The notes beneath the pieces were generated by a model. That model was not told where the DNA came from. It saw only the letters and a list, made by a program, of their open reading frames with translations, and did no database searches. Of a stretch of 64,000 nucleotides of DNA, positions 26,547 through 37,513 are shown piece after piece; the first letter of the stretch is position 1, and the number at the start of each line of letters is the position of its first letter. This DNA is from Octopus sinensis (Eukaryota). The translations under genes were made by a program, and so were the position numbers. The DNA is taken from the NCBI RefSeq assembly GCF_006345805.1, contig NC_043011.1:23076464-23140463 (forward strand), read 5' to 3'.

Positions 26547-26818
26547 GGATCTTTTCGCTTTGACCGGCAGATTTTTTTAATAATTTATTTAACAACCTAC
26601 GGCAGAAATTGTATTCACCTCAATAGACGTCATTGATTGGTTGAAATTGCCGAAATGCAAGAAGTTAAACAACAAATACCTTACAAACTACAGCATTTTC
26701 TCAAGAAAGCCAAGAGAAAAAGATGTTTTATGTAACACACTACTAGTATACGAAGTTTAAAGGTGTTTAGTTACAAAGAAATTATTTTAAAAATCTGCCG
26801 GTCAAAGTGAAAAAAGAC
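26547..26818. mobile_element. Short MITE of the same GGATC-terminal family, inside (TA)n
   Basis: ggatcttttcgctttgaccggcag ... ctgccggtcaaagtgaaaaaagac. Right half similar to 26280-26398. Flanked by tatatata on both sides. Confidence 0.8.
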
Positions 26819-26835
26819 TATATATATATATATAG

Positions 26836-27774
26836 TAAGTAAGGAAAAATTTTTTTTTAAATGCAGAATGCTCAAATGAAAGAAAATTTTAATAAAATGA
26901 GAAAATGATAAAATATATAAATATATATTTATTCAACCGGTTTTCGTCATTGTATGACTTGTCAAGAATATTTATGTTTTAAGAAGTTATTTTAAAAATT
27001 AGAAAGGGGAAAAAAAGAAAATTGCATTGTTTTTTGTAAAAGAATAATGATAAAAATGTACAAAAATTAAAAAATAAGTTCTCCGATACATTGTGAGTTC
27101 GTTGTGTATCTTGAGTTTTATGGTTGTTTACCAAAAAATTACCATGAGGTGTTAAGATCCAAAGGGATTAAGAGCATGTGATGTGTTGTGTTGTTAAATT
27201 CAGCATGTTGCAGGACAGGAAGTAGTAGTAATTGTGGTCCTGGTTCTTCAGTTCCTGTGTTGTGGGTAAGGGGAGACAACTCTTTTGAGTTCTTCAATAA
27301 AACCCAAATTATAAAACTATCATTTTAGCTTCATTTGCATTATCTTTTTTATATAATTGCTTGTTAACTTAACTTTCAGATTTTAACACTTTATTTATAT
27401 TATTTTCTAATAATATAAATCTGCATAGACAATTGCATTTCAAATTGTCATATCATTTATAATAAAAATGATAGTAATAACAACAATAGTAAAAATGATA
27501 TTTAAAGAATATAAGTTTTAGCTTGAAGTGATGAATGCATGGTATCTTTATATATTTGTATCATTATTCTTTTACAAAAAACAATGCAATTTTCTTTTTT
27601 TCCCTTTCTAATTTTTAAAATAACTTCTTAAAACATAAATATTCTTGACAAGTCATACAATGACGAAAACCGGTTGAATAAATATATATTTATATATTTT
27701 ATCATTTTCTCATTTTATTAAAATTTTCTTTCATTTGAGCATTCTGCATTTTTTAAAAAATTTTTCCTTACTTA
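26836..27774. mobile_element. AT-rich foldback element with ~220-bp near-perfect inverted arms
   Basis: 26836-27055 is the reverse complement of ~27557-27774. About 500-bp non-coding spacer; no clear TSD. Confidence 0.8.
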
Positions 27775-27819
27775 TCATTTCTCCACGTGCGGTCAACACA
27801 ACCCCACCATTTATTGATC

Positions 27820-27850
<31 letters not shown>

Positions 27851-27855
<5 letters not shown>

Positions 27856-28245
27856 CAGTATCGCCCGGCGTTGCTCGGGTTTGTAAGGGAAATAACTATA
27901 TAAGCATTTTTAGAGATGTAAAGTATAATAGCCATCTCAATATGGCTAACCACAAAGGGGGGGGTGTTACTGTAGCTTTTTACGTTCTGAGATTTAATAA
28001 ATTTTTAGAGAGTTACTTCCCTTATATATGCCAAAGATGCATTAAAAATGGGAAAAATTGATGGTAAATTTTTTTTTTAATCGTAGACTCATCGTAGACG
28101 CGCGCTAATACCCAGAAGGGCTCGATATGAATCACGACTATAAGATACCCAGTTTTGGTTAACTGCACCGCAAAATATGGGAGTAGTTAGGAATCTAAAT
28201 CGTATGAGACAGACAGCACACAACCTCACTTTTATATATAAAGAT
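27851..28245 (+). mobile_element. Non-autonomous Helitron-like element
   Basis: 5' ttagcagtatcgcccggcgttgctcggg (short hairpin), 3' agacagacagcacac...cttttatatataaagat, no TSD, next to (TA)n. Layout matches invertebrate Helitron-derived short elements. Confidence 0.55.
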
Positions 28246-29095
28246 ATGTAACGACGAGAGTTTTTATTAGAGTATTTGTAACGATAAAGTTTTTAGTTGA
28301 AGTCGTGGGTCACCAAGTGTAACGGCTTTAATTGTAACGGTAGATATTTGTTGGTAAACAATATTATGAAATGTTATGGTCAGCAGTTGTGACGATAAGA
28401 GTTTGTTATTAAAACGGCAAGTTGTAAAATGTGTAAGAGAAAAAATGCATGAAGTTTTAAGGAAATATTTATTTACCGTTACGTTACAATACCTTGCCTC
28501 AACGGGCAGATTGATAAATCCAAAAGCATGCGATGGATAGATGCGGTAGAATGTTTGTATTTGGGTTCTCTTCTTTGTTTTGTAGTAATTGCTGAGACAG
28601 ATAGAATGATGTTGTAAGAGAACAGATTTGGAGCTAGTGAGAGTGTAGGACGTTGTCTTTCTTTCCCTTCTGGCCGTGTTGTCCGACAGTAAACTTCGTT
28701 TCTCCCTTTGACCAAGGTTCTAGCTGGTCAGCCAGACTACGTTCTCGCTGAGTTGTCACCGAGTGGTGACTAACTGGTTTTTGCTTAGGATGTGCTTGCT
28801 TATATTAAGATCCCAGAAGGATAGATATATCGTTGAGAACAATAGATTTAGTTGGTGGTCTTGTTATCTATTCTAGCTTTTGGTGATGTAGAAGAGGTTA
28901 GAAAGGGTCAAGTAGTGAAGACATTATAGCGGCCTAGCTAAAGGCATCTGGAAAATGTAAAACCATTGCTGTCAGAGAAAAACCATTGTTCCCCTGTGGG
29001 AAAAGTTCTGTAGCAGTGTTAGTTTAAATTTAGCTATAGTGGATCGAATCCACTTCATGTATGCAGGATTCGCTACACACACCACACACACACAC

Positions 29096-29149
<54 letters not shown>

Positions 29150-30151
29150 AAAAAGGAGATGTGGAACACGAGTTGTGATATATAAAAAAGGAAATGAAGA
29201 AAATGCTGACAAAATAATTTAAGTAAGGGAGAGTGTATTTAATTAGGTGAAAGTTTTTTTACCGGTTGCGCATTTGTTATGCTTATCAAAAGATATTTTT
29301 AAAGAGAGATAGAGTTCCTTTCTGATAGATTTTTTTCTGTTATCTGACTTTATGTTGGGTTTGCTGTCTCTTATATGTGAAAAAAGAGGCTCCAGAGTTG
29401 TTTAAGATTTGCTTGGTTTCGCGCCTAAAATTTCTTGTGGACAATGGTCAATACAATTTTGATTGGTCATTATAAAGGGGTCACGTGAATGTTTGAATGG
29501 AAGTTGGTGTTTAGGGTAAGAAAATAGGCTCCAGAGATGTTAAAATTTGGCTAGTGTCGCGCCTAAAATTTCTTATTGGTCATAATAAAGAGGTCACGTG
29601 GATGTGGTCATAATAGAGAGGTCACGTGAATGTTTAGAATGAATATTAGTGTGGGTGGTGTATGGAGTTTTCGAAAATAGCGTTGTTGAAAATTCTTATT
29701 GTTCAGGCTGGTCAGTAGACGTCATGTGGATATTTTAAATAGCTTTTTAGCGCGTAGTTAAGGAGTGTATTTTCCGCTTGACTGAATTTGAGCAGGATAA
29801 GTAAGTTCGTTTAGGAAAGGAAGAGCTATATGTACGTATGTGTGCGCGCGCGCGCGCGTGTGTGTTTATATGTATGTTGGGGCGCGCGCGCGTGTATATA
29901 TGTGTGCGTGTGTGGGTACAATTTTCAATATTTATAGTTCTGGTGGCCTTGTGCCTGTATCAGGAAGCAACGTGTTTGTGTGAAGTCAATATTTACAGTC
30001 ATTTCCAAAAAATAGTGTTGGATGTTTTGCACCCGTATCAAATTATGTGTATGTGTGGAACCATATATTTGCGTGTGTCATGGTGTTAATATCTGGGTAA
30101 AAGTGTGTGTAGGGTGTGTGCAGGTGTAAGTGTGTTTGTTGTGGGTTCGTG

Positions 30152-32002
30152 TTAGGGGGATGTGTTTAGAAGTGGTCTGTATTTATTAATAAGGTGGGAT
30201 TCCATGGTTATTCTCTGGGTATGAGTGGCATTGTCTTTAAATTTGTAGAGGGGAAAGATTCTAAAATTGGGATGAAGTTGTGCGGCACAGGTATCAGTAT
30301 GTGCACTGAGTGCTATTTTTCTGTATTCCTGTATTTTTATTTGGGATCTGTGGACAGTCATGCGTTGGCGGAGGCTATTTTTAGTTTGGCCTAGGTAGTG
30401 TTCATTACAGCCCGAGCAAGTTAAGACATATACTAGGTTTTCTGATGCGCATGTGAAGTTGTGTTTTACTGTGAAACGTTGTCCTTGTTTAAAAAGGAAT
30501 TCCGGACCTTCTATTAGGTTGATGCATATACCACAGTTGGGTCTATTGCATTTGTTTACTGTGGGCTTAGTTGTTGTGGTTGGTAGTACTTTGGCATTTG
30601 TTAGGATGGTTTTCAATGATTTGGGTTGCCTTTTGCTCTTTATGATTTCGTGTGTTAGGAGGATTTGGTTCATTCTATGGTCCTTTTTTAATACAGGAAT
30701 GTTCTGGAGGATGGTGTCAAAAGCTTCATGGTTGAGGGGGTTGTTTGTAGATATGTATGGTAGAGTATGGGGTTTCGATGTAACAGGTTTAGGGCGTCTA
30801 AGTTCCTGTGTGCTGAGTTTTAGGGCGCGTTGGATCCCATTGTCAATTAGTGACGTGGGGTAATCCCTGCTTGTTAATGTGTCCTTAAGTTCTTGTAGAC
30901 GTAAGAGACGGGTGTTTTTATTGGAGACTATAGTGCAAATTCTCTTGGCTAAGTTGTAGGGAATGTTAATTTTAACGTGTCTAGGGTGGCATGAATTGAA
31001 AGGGAGGTATTGCTTGGAGCCTGTGGGCTTGTAGTATATGTCTGTTTCTATTTTTTTGTTGTGAATTTTAATGAGGATGTCGAGGACGGGAATTTGTTGA
31101 GGGCTGTATTCCATTGTGAAAATAATGTTTGTGTTGAGCCCATTTATAAGGGTGTGAAATTCTTTAAGCTTCTCGATGGTTTCGGGCCAAAGGATGAAGC
31201 AGTCATCAAGATATCTCTTCCAGTTCTTCTCTATGTATGTGTGGAGAGAGGTGCCAAATTGGTTAAGAACGTTATTATAGAGGGTGATTTCCAGGTATCC
31301 CATGACTAGGTTGGCGTAAGTGGGAGCTGTTTTCGTTCCCATTGCCGTCCCTGATTTCTGTCTGTAGAATTTGTTGTTGAAGGTGAAGAAATTATTCTCT
31401 AAGATGAATTTGAGTCCTTCTAAAATAAATTCCTTTTTTATGCGGTGTGGGAGTTCGTTGGAGTAATTATCCAGCCAGAATTGGATAGCTTCTATTCCTA
31501 GGTTGTGGGGGATGTTGGAGTAAAGATTAACTACATCGAATGTTACTAGCAGGGTTTGTTCAGCAAGAAGTGTATTGGGGAGGTGGTTGAGCATATCTAG
31601 ATCGTCCCTTATGTAGCTTTTAATGTGTTTGAGGAAGGGCTTGAGAAGGGTATCAATGAAGTTGCTAAGGCGGTGGGTTTCGCAAGCGGGACCTGCTATT
31701 ATAGGTCTCAATTTGAGGTCATTTGGTGAGGGGACATTGATTACAAAGTTTGTGGCTTCCTTGCATGCCTTACTTATTAATTGGCTTTTATGAATTTTGG
31801 GAATACCGTAGAAGAGGCTGGTTTTACTAGTGAAATTTGTGATGAAGTTGAATTCTTTGTTAGTGAGTTCTTCTTTGTGGGTGTTGATCAGGGTTTTTAA
31901 GTTTCTCATAATTTTCTGTTGATTGTAGTGTTCAGCCTTTTCGTAATATGTTCCATTTTCCAAGGTGGAGAGTGCTAAGTTGATATAGTATTCTGTCTCC
32001 AT
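30152..32002 (-). CDS. PLE reverse transcriptase + GIY-YIG endonuclease (616 aa open part)
   Basis: FYGIPKIHK, LRPII, TFDVVNLYSNIP, GTAMGTKTAPTYANL, WKRYLDDCF, YYKPT, Cys linker CNRPNCGIC, LVYVLTCSGCNEHYLGQT...RMTVH. Confidence 0.95.
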   Translation of the reverse strand: METEYYINLALSTLENGTYYEKAEHYNQQKIMRNLKTLINTHKEELTNKEFNFITNFTSKTSLFYGIPKIHKSQLISKACKEATNFVINVPSPNDLKLRPIIAGPACETHRLSNFIDTLLKPFLKHIKSYIRDDLDMLNHLPNTLLAEQTLLVTFDVVNLYSNIPHNLGIEAIQFWLDNYSNELPHRIKKEFILEGLKFILENNFFTFNNKFYRQKSGTAMGTKTAPTYANLVMGYLEITLYNNVLNQFGTSLHTYIEKNWKRYLDDCFILWPETIEKLKEFHTLINGLNTNIIFTMEYSPQQIPVLDILIKIHNKKIETDIYYKPTGSKQYLPFNSCHPRHVKINIPYNLAKRICTIVSNKNTRLLRLQELKDTLTSRDYPTSLIDNGIQRALKLSTQELRRPKPVTSKPHTLPYISTNNPLNHEAFDTILQNIPVLKKDHRMNQILLTHEIIKSKRQPKSLKTILTNAKVLPTTTTKPTVNKCNRPNCGICINLIEGPEFLFKQGQRFTVKHNFTCASENLVYVLTCSGCNEHYLGQTKNSLRQRMTVHRSQIKIQEYRKIALSAHTDTCAAQLHPNFRIFPLYKFKDNATHTQRITMESHLINKYRPLLNTSP

Positions 32003-32400
32003 TAAGACTACTGCACTTCCTTTATTGGCCTCTTTAATGGTGATAGATCTTTCATTTTTTAATTTGTTTAATTCTTCCCACTCTTTCTTGTTGAGGTTTG
32101 GTTTGGGTTTTGATTTGTGTAAGTGTTGGTAGGGGAAGTTTGTAATGTGCTCACAGAATTCGTCTAGATTTTATTTCTACCTTTTGGTGGGGTGTAGTTG
32201 CTTTTATTTCTAGCTAGTGACTCATCCTCATTGTGCTGGTCGAATAGTTCCTCACTAGGTCGCAATTTTCTACAAAATTCTGTAATGTCTTCCTTCATTT
32301 CGTAGTAGTTTGGACGTGGAGGAGGGTGAATTTAAGACCTTTGGAGAGTAAGTTGAGAAGGTTGGGGTTGGGTTCTGTATTGGTTAAATTGATGACTTTA
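32003..32400 (-). pseudogene. Frameshifted N-terminal part of the PLE RT ORF
   Basis: VINLT..LLSKGLKFT, EDITEFCRKLR and NLNKKEWEELNKLKNERSITIKEANKGSAVVLM are typical PLE N-terminal motifs. Two apparent 1-nt deletions (~32323, ~32169) break the frame. Confidence 0.85.
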
Positions 32401-32431
32401 ATTAGTTTCTGTTTCTCTTCCCTGTCCTGTG

Positions 32432-33724
32432 TTATTTTGTTTGCCTGTATCTGTGTGCTGTGTCTAAAAAATGTTTGGGGTAGAGGGGTTGTCTGTTGGT
32501 GTTAAGAGGTCCTGTGTGTTTGTTATATTCCTTGTTGTGAAATATGGTTCGGGTTCGTGGTTGTGGATAGAATGGGGTGTTCCTGTATTGCGGGTGTTGG
32601 TGTGTGTTTCTTTGTGTCGTGATGGATTGTGGTGATATGAGTGGCCTACGTGGGTGCTTGTATCGAGTGGTATGGGCTTGTGTATTGTGAGAGTTGAGAA
32701 AGTGAAAATTACCTTGTCGTCCCCTCGTGGTGTGGATGTTGTTGTGTCTATCCTGGTAGTGGAATCCTCTTTTATTTGTTAATAAGGTATTCGAGTAGTT
32801 GTTGAGTTGTTGTGTATAGTGTCTCCTTGAAGGGAGAAATTCGTTAATGTAATTCTGGTGGTGAGGGTTTCCAGGGTTCTTGTTCCTCCTTATGGACGTG
32901 GGGTAAGAAGGTACATCTTCAATATGCTGTTTCCTTCTTTTGTTCGAGGTTGGAGGATTGGCGGAGTAGTTGTGTGGTTGGGTTCCTGGTTTTCCCATTT
33001 TTATGAACGGGTTATTGGAAGAGTAATCCGTTTTGAAAGTCGATTCATAGTTTAGGAACCAGGCGGCACTTTTTTCCCAGCGTTGTAGGGATTTTAGTTC
33101 CTCTTTGTTGCAGTCATCTTTCCATAACTTGGAGATCTTCTCTATGTGTAGGCTTTCGGCCTTGTTATTTATTACGAGGAGGATCTCTTCATCGATTGTT
33201 TTGACTCTTTCCTCATTTGTTTGGGCCCTTAATTTGAGAAGTTCAATCTCTGTTTTCAGTCTCTCTAATGCCATTCTTTCCCTAAGTCGTCTTTGAGGTT
33301 CAGGTTCATTGGGAATGGCTTTTAATTGTATTTTGCGGGGAAGAGTTAGAGGGGTAGAGTTCATCCATTTTTCGTATATCTCGGCCTTGTTGTTGTTTCT
33401 AATCATTTTCCAGAAGGAGAACTTTCTATCTCTGAGGGATTTGTTCCATTCTGGGATTATATGATTTTTCAGTTTGTATGAATCAATTTGACATGGTTCT
33501 TCTTTGTTTTTTGCTGGGTTGGTGGTGGTGAAAAAGGTGTGGATCGTATCACACAGAGTTTGTAGCTTATCGCCGATTTCGGAGGGTTTGTGTCCGGTAA
33601 TGGTTTCCTCATTAGTGGAGTCCAATTTGTTGACTAGTACAGAGAGGTTGGTGTTGATGTTTTTGAGTTCCTGTAGGATTTTTTCGTTTAAGTTGATTAG
33701 GGTGGTTTCAGTTTTTGTAGGCAT
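32432..33724 (-). CDS. PLE upstream ORF (~430 aa), unknown function
   Basis: Open frame from ATG 33724 (MPTKTET) to TAA 32432. Helical/coiled-coil-like, Trp-patterned N-half and basic low-complexity C-half. Same strand as and directly upstream of the RT ORF. Confidence 0.7.
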   Translation of the reverse strand: MPTKTETTLINLNEKILQELKNINTNLSVLVNKLDSTNEETITGHKPSEIGDKLQTLCDTIHTFFTTTNPAKNKEEPCQIDSYKLKNHIIPEWNKSLRDRKFSFWKMIRNNNKAEIYEKWMNSTPLTLPRKIQLKAIPNEPEPQRRLRERMALERLKTEIELLKLRAQTNEERVKTIDEEILLVINNKAESLHIEKISKLWKDDCNKEELKSLQRWEKSAAWFLNYESTFKTDYSSNNPFIKMGKPGTQPHNYSANPPTSNKRRKQHIEDVPSYPTSIRRNKNPGNPHHQNYINEFLPSRRHYTQQLNNYSNTLLTNKRGFHYQDRHNNIHTTRGRQGNFHFLNSHNTQAHTTRYKHPRRPLISPQSITTQRNTHQHPQYRNTPFYPQPRTRTIFHNKEYNKHTGPLNTNRQPLYPKHFLDTAHRYRQTK

Positions 33725-33736
33725 TTTCTGTATCTC

Positions 33737-34125
33737 GTGCAATTACTCTATCCAGATTACGAGTTCACGCTTATACCTGTAATTATTGGAGTCCTGGGAT
33801 ATGTAACACACTGCCTAAATACCAGTCTTGAGAAATTAGGCTTCTCAAAACCAAAAAGGAGAAAGCTAATTCGAAGACTACAGATCCAATCCATCACTGG
33901 AACTGTAAAAATCTGTAAAACTTTCCAGAAGTTTATCATTTAAATATATCTAGATATGCAACTTGCATGATAATACATACACAAAACATACAAATCTGCT
34001 CATACATACATACAAAAATACCCTGTTGATGATGTTGAAATTCAATAGAAGGAGCCTTGGATCTAGGTTAGAAACCGGTTCTTTCTCTATTGGCAGGAAA
34101 TCTTGAAATAAACTGAATAATGACA
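33737..34125 (+). mobile_element. 5'-truncated 3' end of an RLE-type (R4/Dong-like) non-LTR element
   Basis: QLLYPDYEFTLIPVIIGVLG...LIRRLQIQSITGTVKICKTFQKFII* resembles the C-terminus after the restriction-like endonuclease of R4/Dong elements. 3' UTR ends in a microsatellite. Confidence 0.65.
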
Positions 34126-34147
34126 TGCATGCATGCATGCACACACA

Positions 34148-34216
<69 letters not shown>

Positions 34217-34808
34217 CACACACACACACACAAGCAAGCAAGCAAGCAAAACAAACAGGTAAACAAACAGACAAGCAAACAAAAAATGCCTAAATTGTCT
34301 GTCTGGATAAGCTTGGATTTTCAATAAATGAAATCTACCAACTGATTTGCCCATTACAAACACACTCTGTAAGCGCAACAGTAAAACTATGTTAGCCTTT
34401 TCTCAGGTTTAGAATGTAACATTGTTTTCGTTATCTACATTCCAGAGTTTTGTATCTTTGTTAACTAACTCCTTTAGTTAGTTAATTTAGGCGATTAAAT
34501 ACAGAAGAGACATACATACATGCATGCATGCACGTGATGTATGATATGTAAACAAAAAGTCAGATTTAATTTGCACACAGAAGAATTTGTAAAATGTAAG
34601 AGTCATTATTTTTCTTAGTACATTTGCGTTCCATATGCTTTTGCACGCTTGCGTTTCAGCACTAAAAAGGTTCCCTGCCGCCTATGTAGAGACTGCCCCG
34701 ATAGTTACATATAAGTGAATAAAGAATAAAAATATTAGATTACAAGCATGCATACATATATACGTTTGTGCAAAGAAACATAGAAGTATACATACATACA
34801 TCCGTACG

Positions 34809-35345
34809 GGATCTTTTCCTTTTGAAGGCCAGATTTCAACACAATTTCTAGTTAACTAAACACTTTAAAACTTCGTATCCTGGTAGAATGTGTCAAAAGA
34901 AAACATTATTTTCACTTGGCTTTCTTGATAAATTTGTAATTCGTTTGTTTAACGTAGTTTAATTTTTCGAAGTTTAACCAATCCTATGCTCTCTTTTGAG
35001 CTAAAATCATTTGCTGCGTCTAAAACTGAGACAACATCCTGTAACTAACCCTCACCCTAACCCTAAAGGGTTTTTTCTTAATTGTTAAATTAATTTAACT
35101 GTTACGCGTGTAAAAAAAACTAAAGCAATGGAAAATAATTTAAACAATTAACATACAAAATAATTCTATAATTTTTATATACACGCTTTCCGTACGTATA
35201 CGGAAAGCGTGTGTGTATAAAAATTATAGAATTATTTTGTATGTTAATTGTTTAAATTATTTTCCATTGTTTTAGTTTTTTTTACACGCGTAACAATTAA
35301 ATTAATTTAACAATTAAGAAAAAAACATTTAGGGCTAGGGTTAGT
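34809..35345. mobile_element. Palindromic TTAGGG-containing element, copy 2 (right arm truncated)
   Basis: Complete left arm from ggatcttttcc, same central hairpin (loop 35195-35198). Right arm mirrors the left until ttagggctagggttag, then stops. Confidence 0.85.
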
Positions 35346-35346
35346 G

Positions 35347-35591
35347 TCTGGAGAGAGTAATTCTTTTTTAGTGCCTTATTTTTTAACACACCGATTTGAT
35401 TTTCACTTTATTTACTTATTTATTTCTAAATTTTTTCGTGGTATCTTGCAACATTTTCAATAGTCGTTGAGAGTCAATGATTATTGAAAACATTGCAAGA
35501 CACAATGGAAAAACATTTTAGAAATAAGTGGAAATCGAACCGGTGAGTTTGTTAAATAATAAGACATTAAAAGAGAATGACCCTCCCTAGA
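35347..35591. mobile_element. ~245-bp imperfect palindromic MITE
   Basis: ggagagagtaattct...tcttgcaacattttcaata mirrored by tattgaaaacattgcaaga...agaatgactccctcc (~110-bp arms). Confidence 0.65.
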
Positions 35592-36039
35592 TAATAAAAT
35601 ATGCTTCAACACACAAATTCACATAAAGAATCTTGCAAAGCAAATGAAAAGACTAAGTACATTGTTATATTGAAAACATTTTATGGAGAACCAAGTACAA
35701 CAGTTAGAAATAAAAACCCATAAAGTTTTGATCGTAAAAAAAAAAGATGAGAAAAACTCAGACATGTCACATGATTGGATGAATAAAAATAGACACTTCT
35801 TTGTGTTGGGACAATTGGGGTTCTGTAAGTAAGGATTTGAAAGAGACTTGTGATAGTTTAATTTAATAACAATAACAATTTCTTACTGGAGCAGAAGAGT
35901 GAGAAAAGTATATGCTTTGGATCATATGAAAATGTCACTGTTATTTATGAGAAAAAAAGATACCCTGTGGCCATAAACTGAGGGGGTCATTTGTAAACAG
36001 AGCTAGATAACAAAACCATTCCCTCTTTAGTGTCCACCT

Positions 36040-36519
36040 ATAATTATGACCCTAGTATCGATCTATTGCATTTCAATCTGTTTTAGAGTTAGGGTTAGGG
36101 GTGGGGGAAGGGTTGTAATGTGTGTATCTGTGCAACAGAGAGGGAAATTAAAACTGCATATGTTGTGAACTTAGAATATGTTTATTAATAAAAGTTTAAT
36201 AACGATAATCATTTATTCATACGAACGTAACTGATATGAAATATGTCATAAATAAGTGACAATCGAAATATACACCACCAGAAGTTGTTGATGACAAACA
36301 ACAGCAGTAATTGTATTCACCTCGATAGACATCATTGATTGGTTGAAATTGCCGAAATACAAACAATTTAACAACAAATAGCTTACAAAATACAGAATTT
36401 TCTTAAGAACGCCAAGAGAAAAAGATGTTTTATGTGACATTCTACCAGTATATGAAGTTTAAAAGTGTTTAGTTACAAAAAAATTATTTTAAAAATCTGC
36501 CGGTCAAAGTGAAAAGATC
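36040..36519. mobile_element. Right-arm fragment of the GGATC-terminal family
   Basis: 36310-36519 matches 26600-26818 and ends gtgaaaagatc. ttagagttagggttagggg at ~36083-36101. Confidence 0.7.
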
Positions 36520-37249
36520 TGAAACACATGGTCATCGATTTTTTACAGACAAATAAATCGCTACACGTTACTACATATCTACCCTCAACCAAGCATTGGG
36601 GAGACAGTTGGGGAAGGACCTAAAAAAAGGAAAACAAACCTTAAACTGCATTTAAAGCTGGTCATCGCTTGTACCAATTTAGATGGATTTCTTTTTGGAC
36701 TCACAAACGGCATTGCAAGCTCTTAACGTATAACTGATGACAATTGAAAAAGGAATCACAGCTCACAGCTTACTATTCACGATGGATACCGAAATTTTCT
36801 AGAAACTCTGTTCTCTAGTTACTGCTAAATGCTTTCCTCTCCCCTTTTCAGCTCTGCAAGCTTATGAGAATCTACAGTAGGACATTGCTAACTTTGCTGT
36901 GAAAGTTAATGAACCTACGATGCCACCAGTGGTTACGACCAATGTTTCATATCGTATTATTGCTGCTGCCCTATATCGTTTGTGACTCCCAGTAGCTTTC
37001 TATCTATGAACACTTTCAGTTTGTGAACAGAACATTCTTCTGTGGACAGAGAAGCTCATGGTATTGTCGAATCTTTAAAGAAGTGGAGCCACTATCTACT
37101 TGGTCACCGATTCCAGCTGATCGGAAATCAGTTGCCTTCATATTTTGATAATAGACGAAGCAGTAAAATAAAGAACTGAGAAAATAATCTTTGACATTTA
37201 GAACTCTCCTGTTTCAATATGACATAACTTTTATAGGCCAGTAAAAAAG

Positions 37250-37513
37250 ACCATGGGGTTGTACCTAGAAAGTTCCCTTCAAAGGCACAAGCCTGAGCAA
37301 AGTTGTTTGTGTGCAAGACCTTCATCCAAGGGAAAAAGAAAAGCCGATACAACTTGGCACCAGCGATGTCACAACTCATTTCTACAGCTGATTGAACTGC
37401 AAGCGAAATAAAGTGTCTTGCTGAAGAACACAACACACAGCCCAGTCTGGAAATCGAACTCACAACCTCACGATTGTAAGCCCAACGCTCTAACCACTGA
37501 GTCATGCATTTTC
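37250..37513 (-). mobile_element. SINE head A + tail Z
   Basis: Minus strand tgactcagtggttagagcg...gttcgatttcc...gcaagacactttattt; matches 63746-64000. Confidence 0.8.

Larger units (their letters stand above)
28246..33737 (-). mobile_element. Penelope-like retroelement (Neptune-like), near full length
   Basis: RT + GIY-YIG ORF and an upstream ORF. Continuous G/T-rich plus-strand bias over the interval; left boundary inferred from that bias only. Confidence 0.8.

Noticed and set aside
28246-30150. Hammerhead in the PLE 3' region
   Set aside because: I found no CTGANGA/CCGANGA plus GAAA arrangement on either strand; the terminal repeat may be lost.
30194-33782. Plus-strand ORFs over the PLE
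   Set aside because: Antisense shadows of the A/C-rich coding strand, with no motifs.
36680-36960. Exon-like segments after ag acceptors
   Set aside because: In-frame stops and no recognisable protein. The same applies to 42633-42785, 57030-57160 and 62590-62760.
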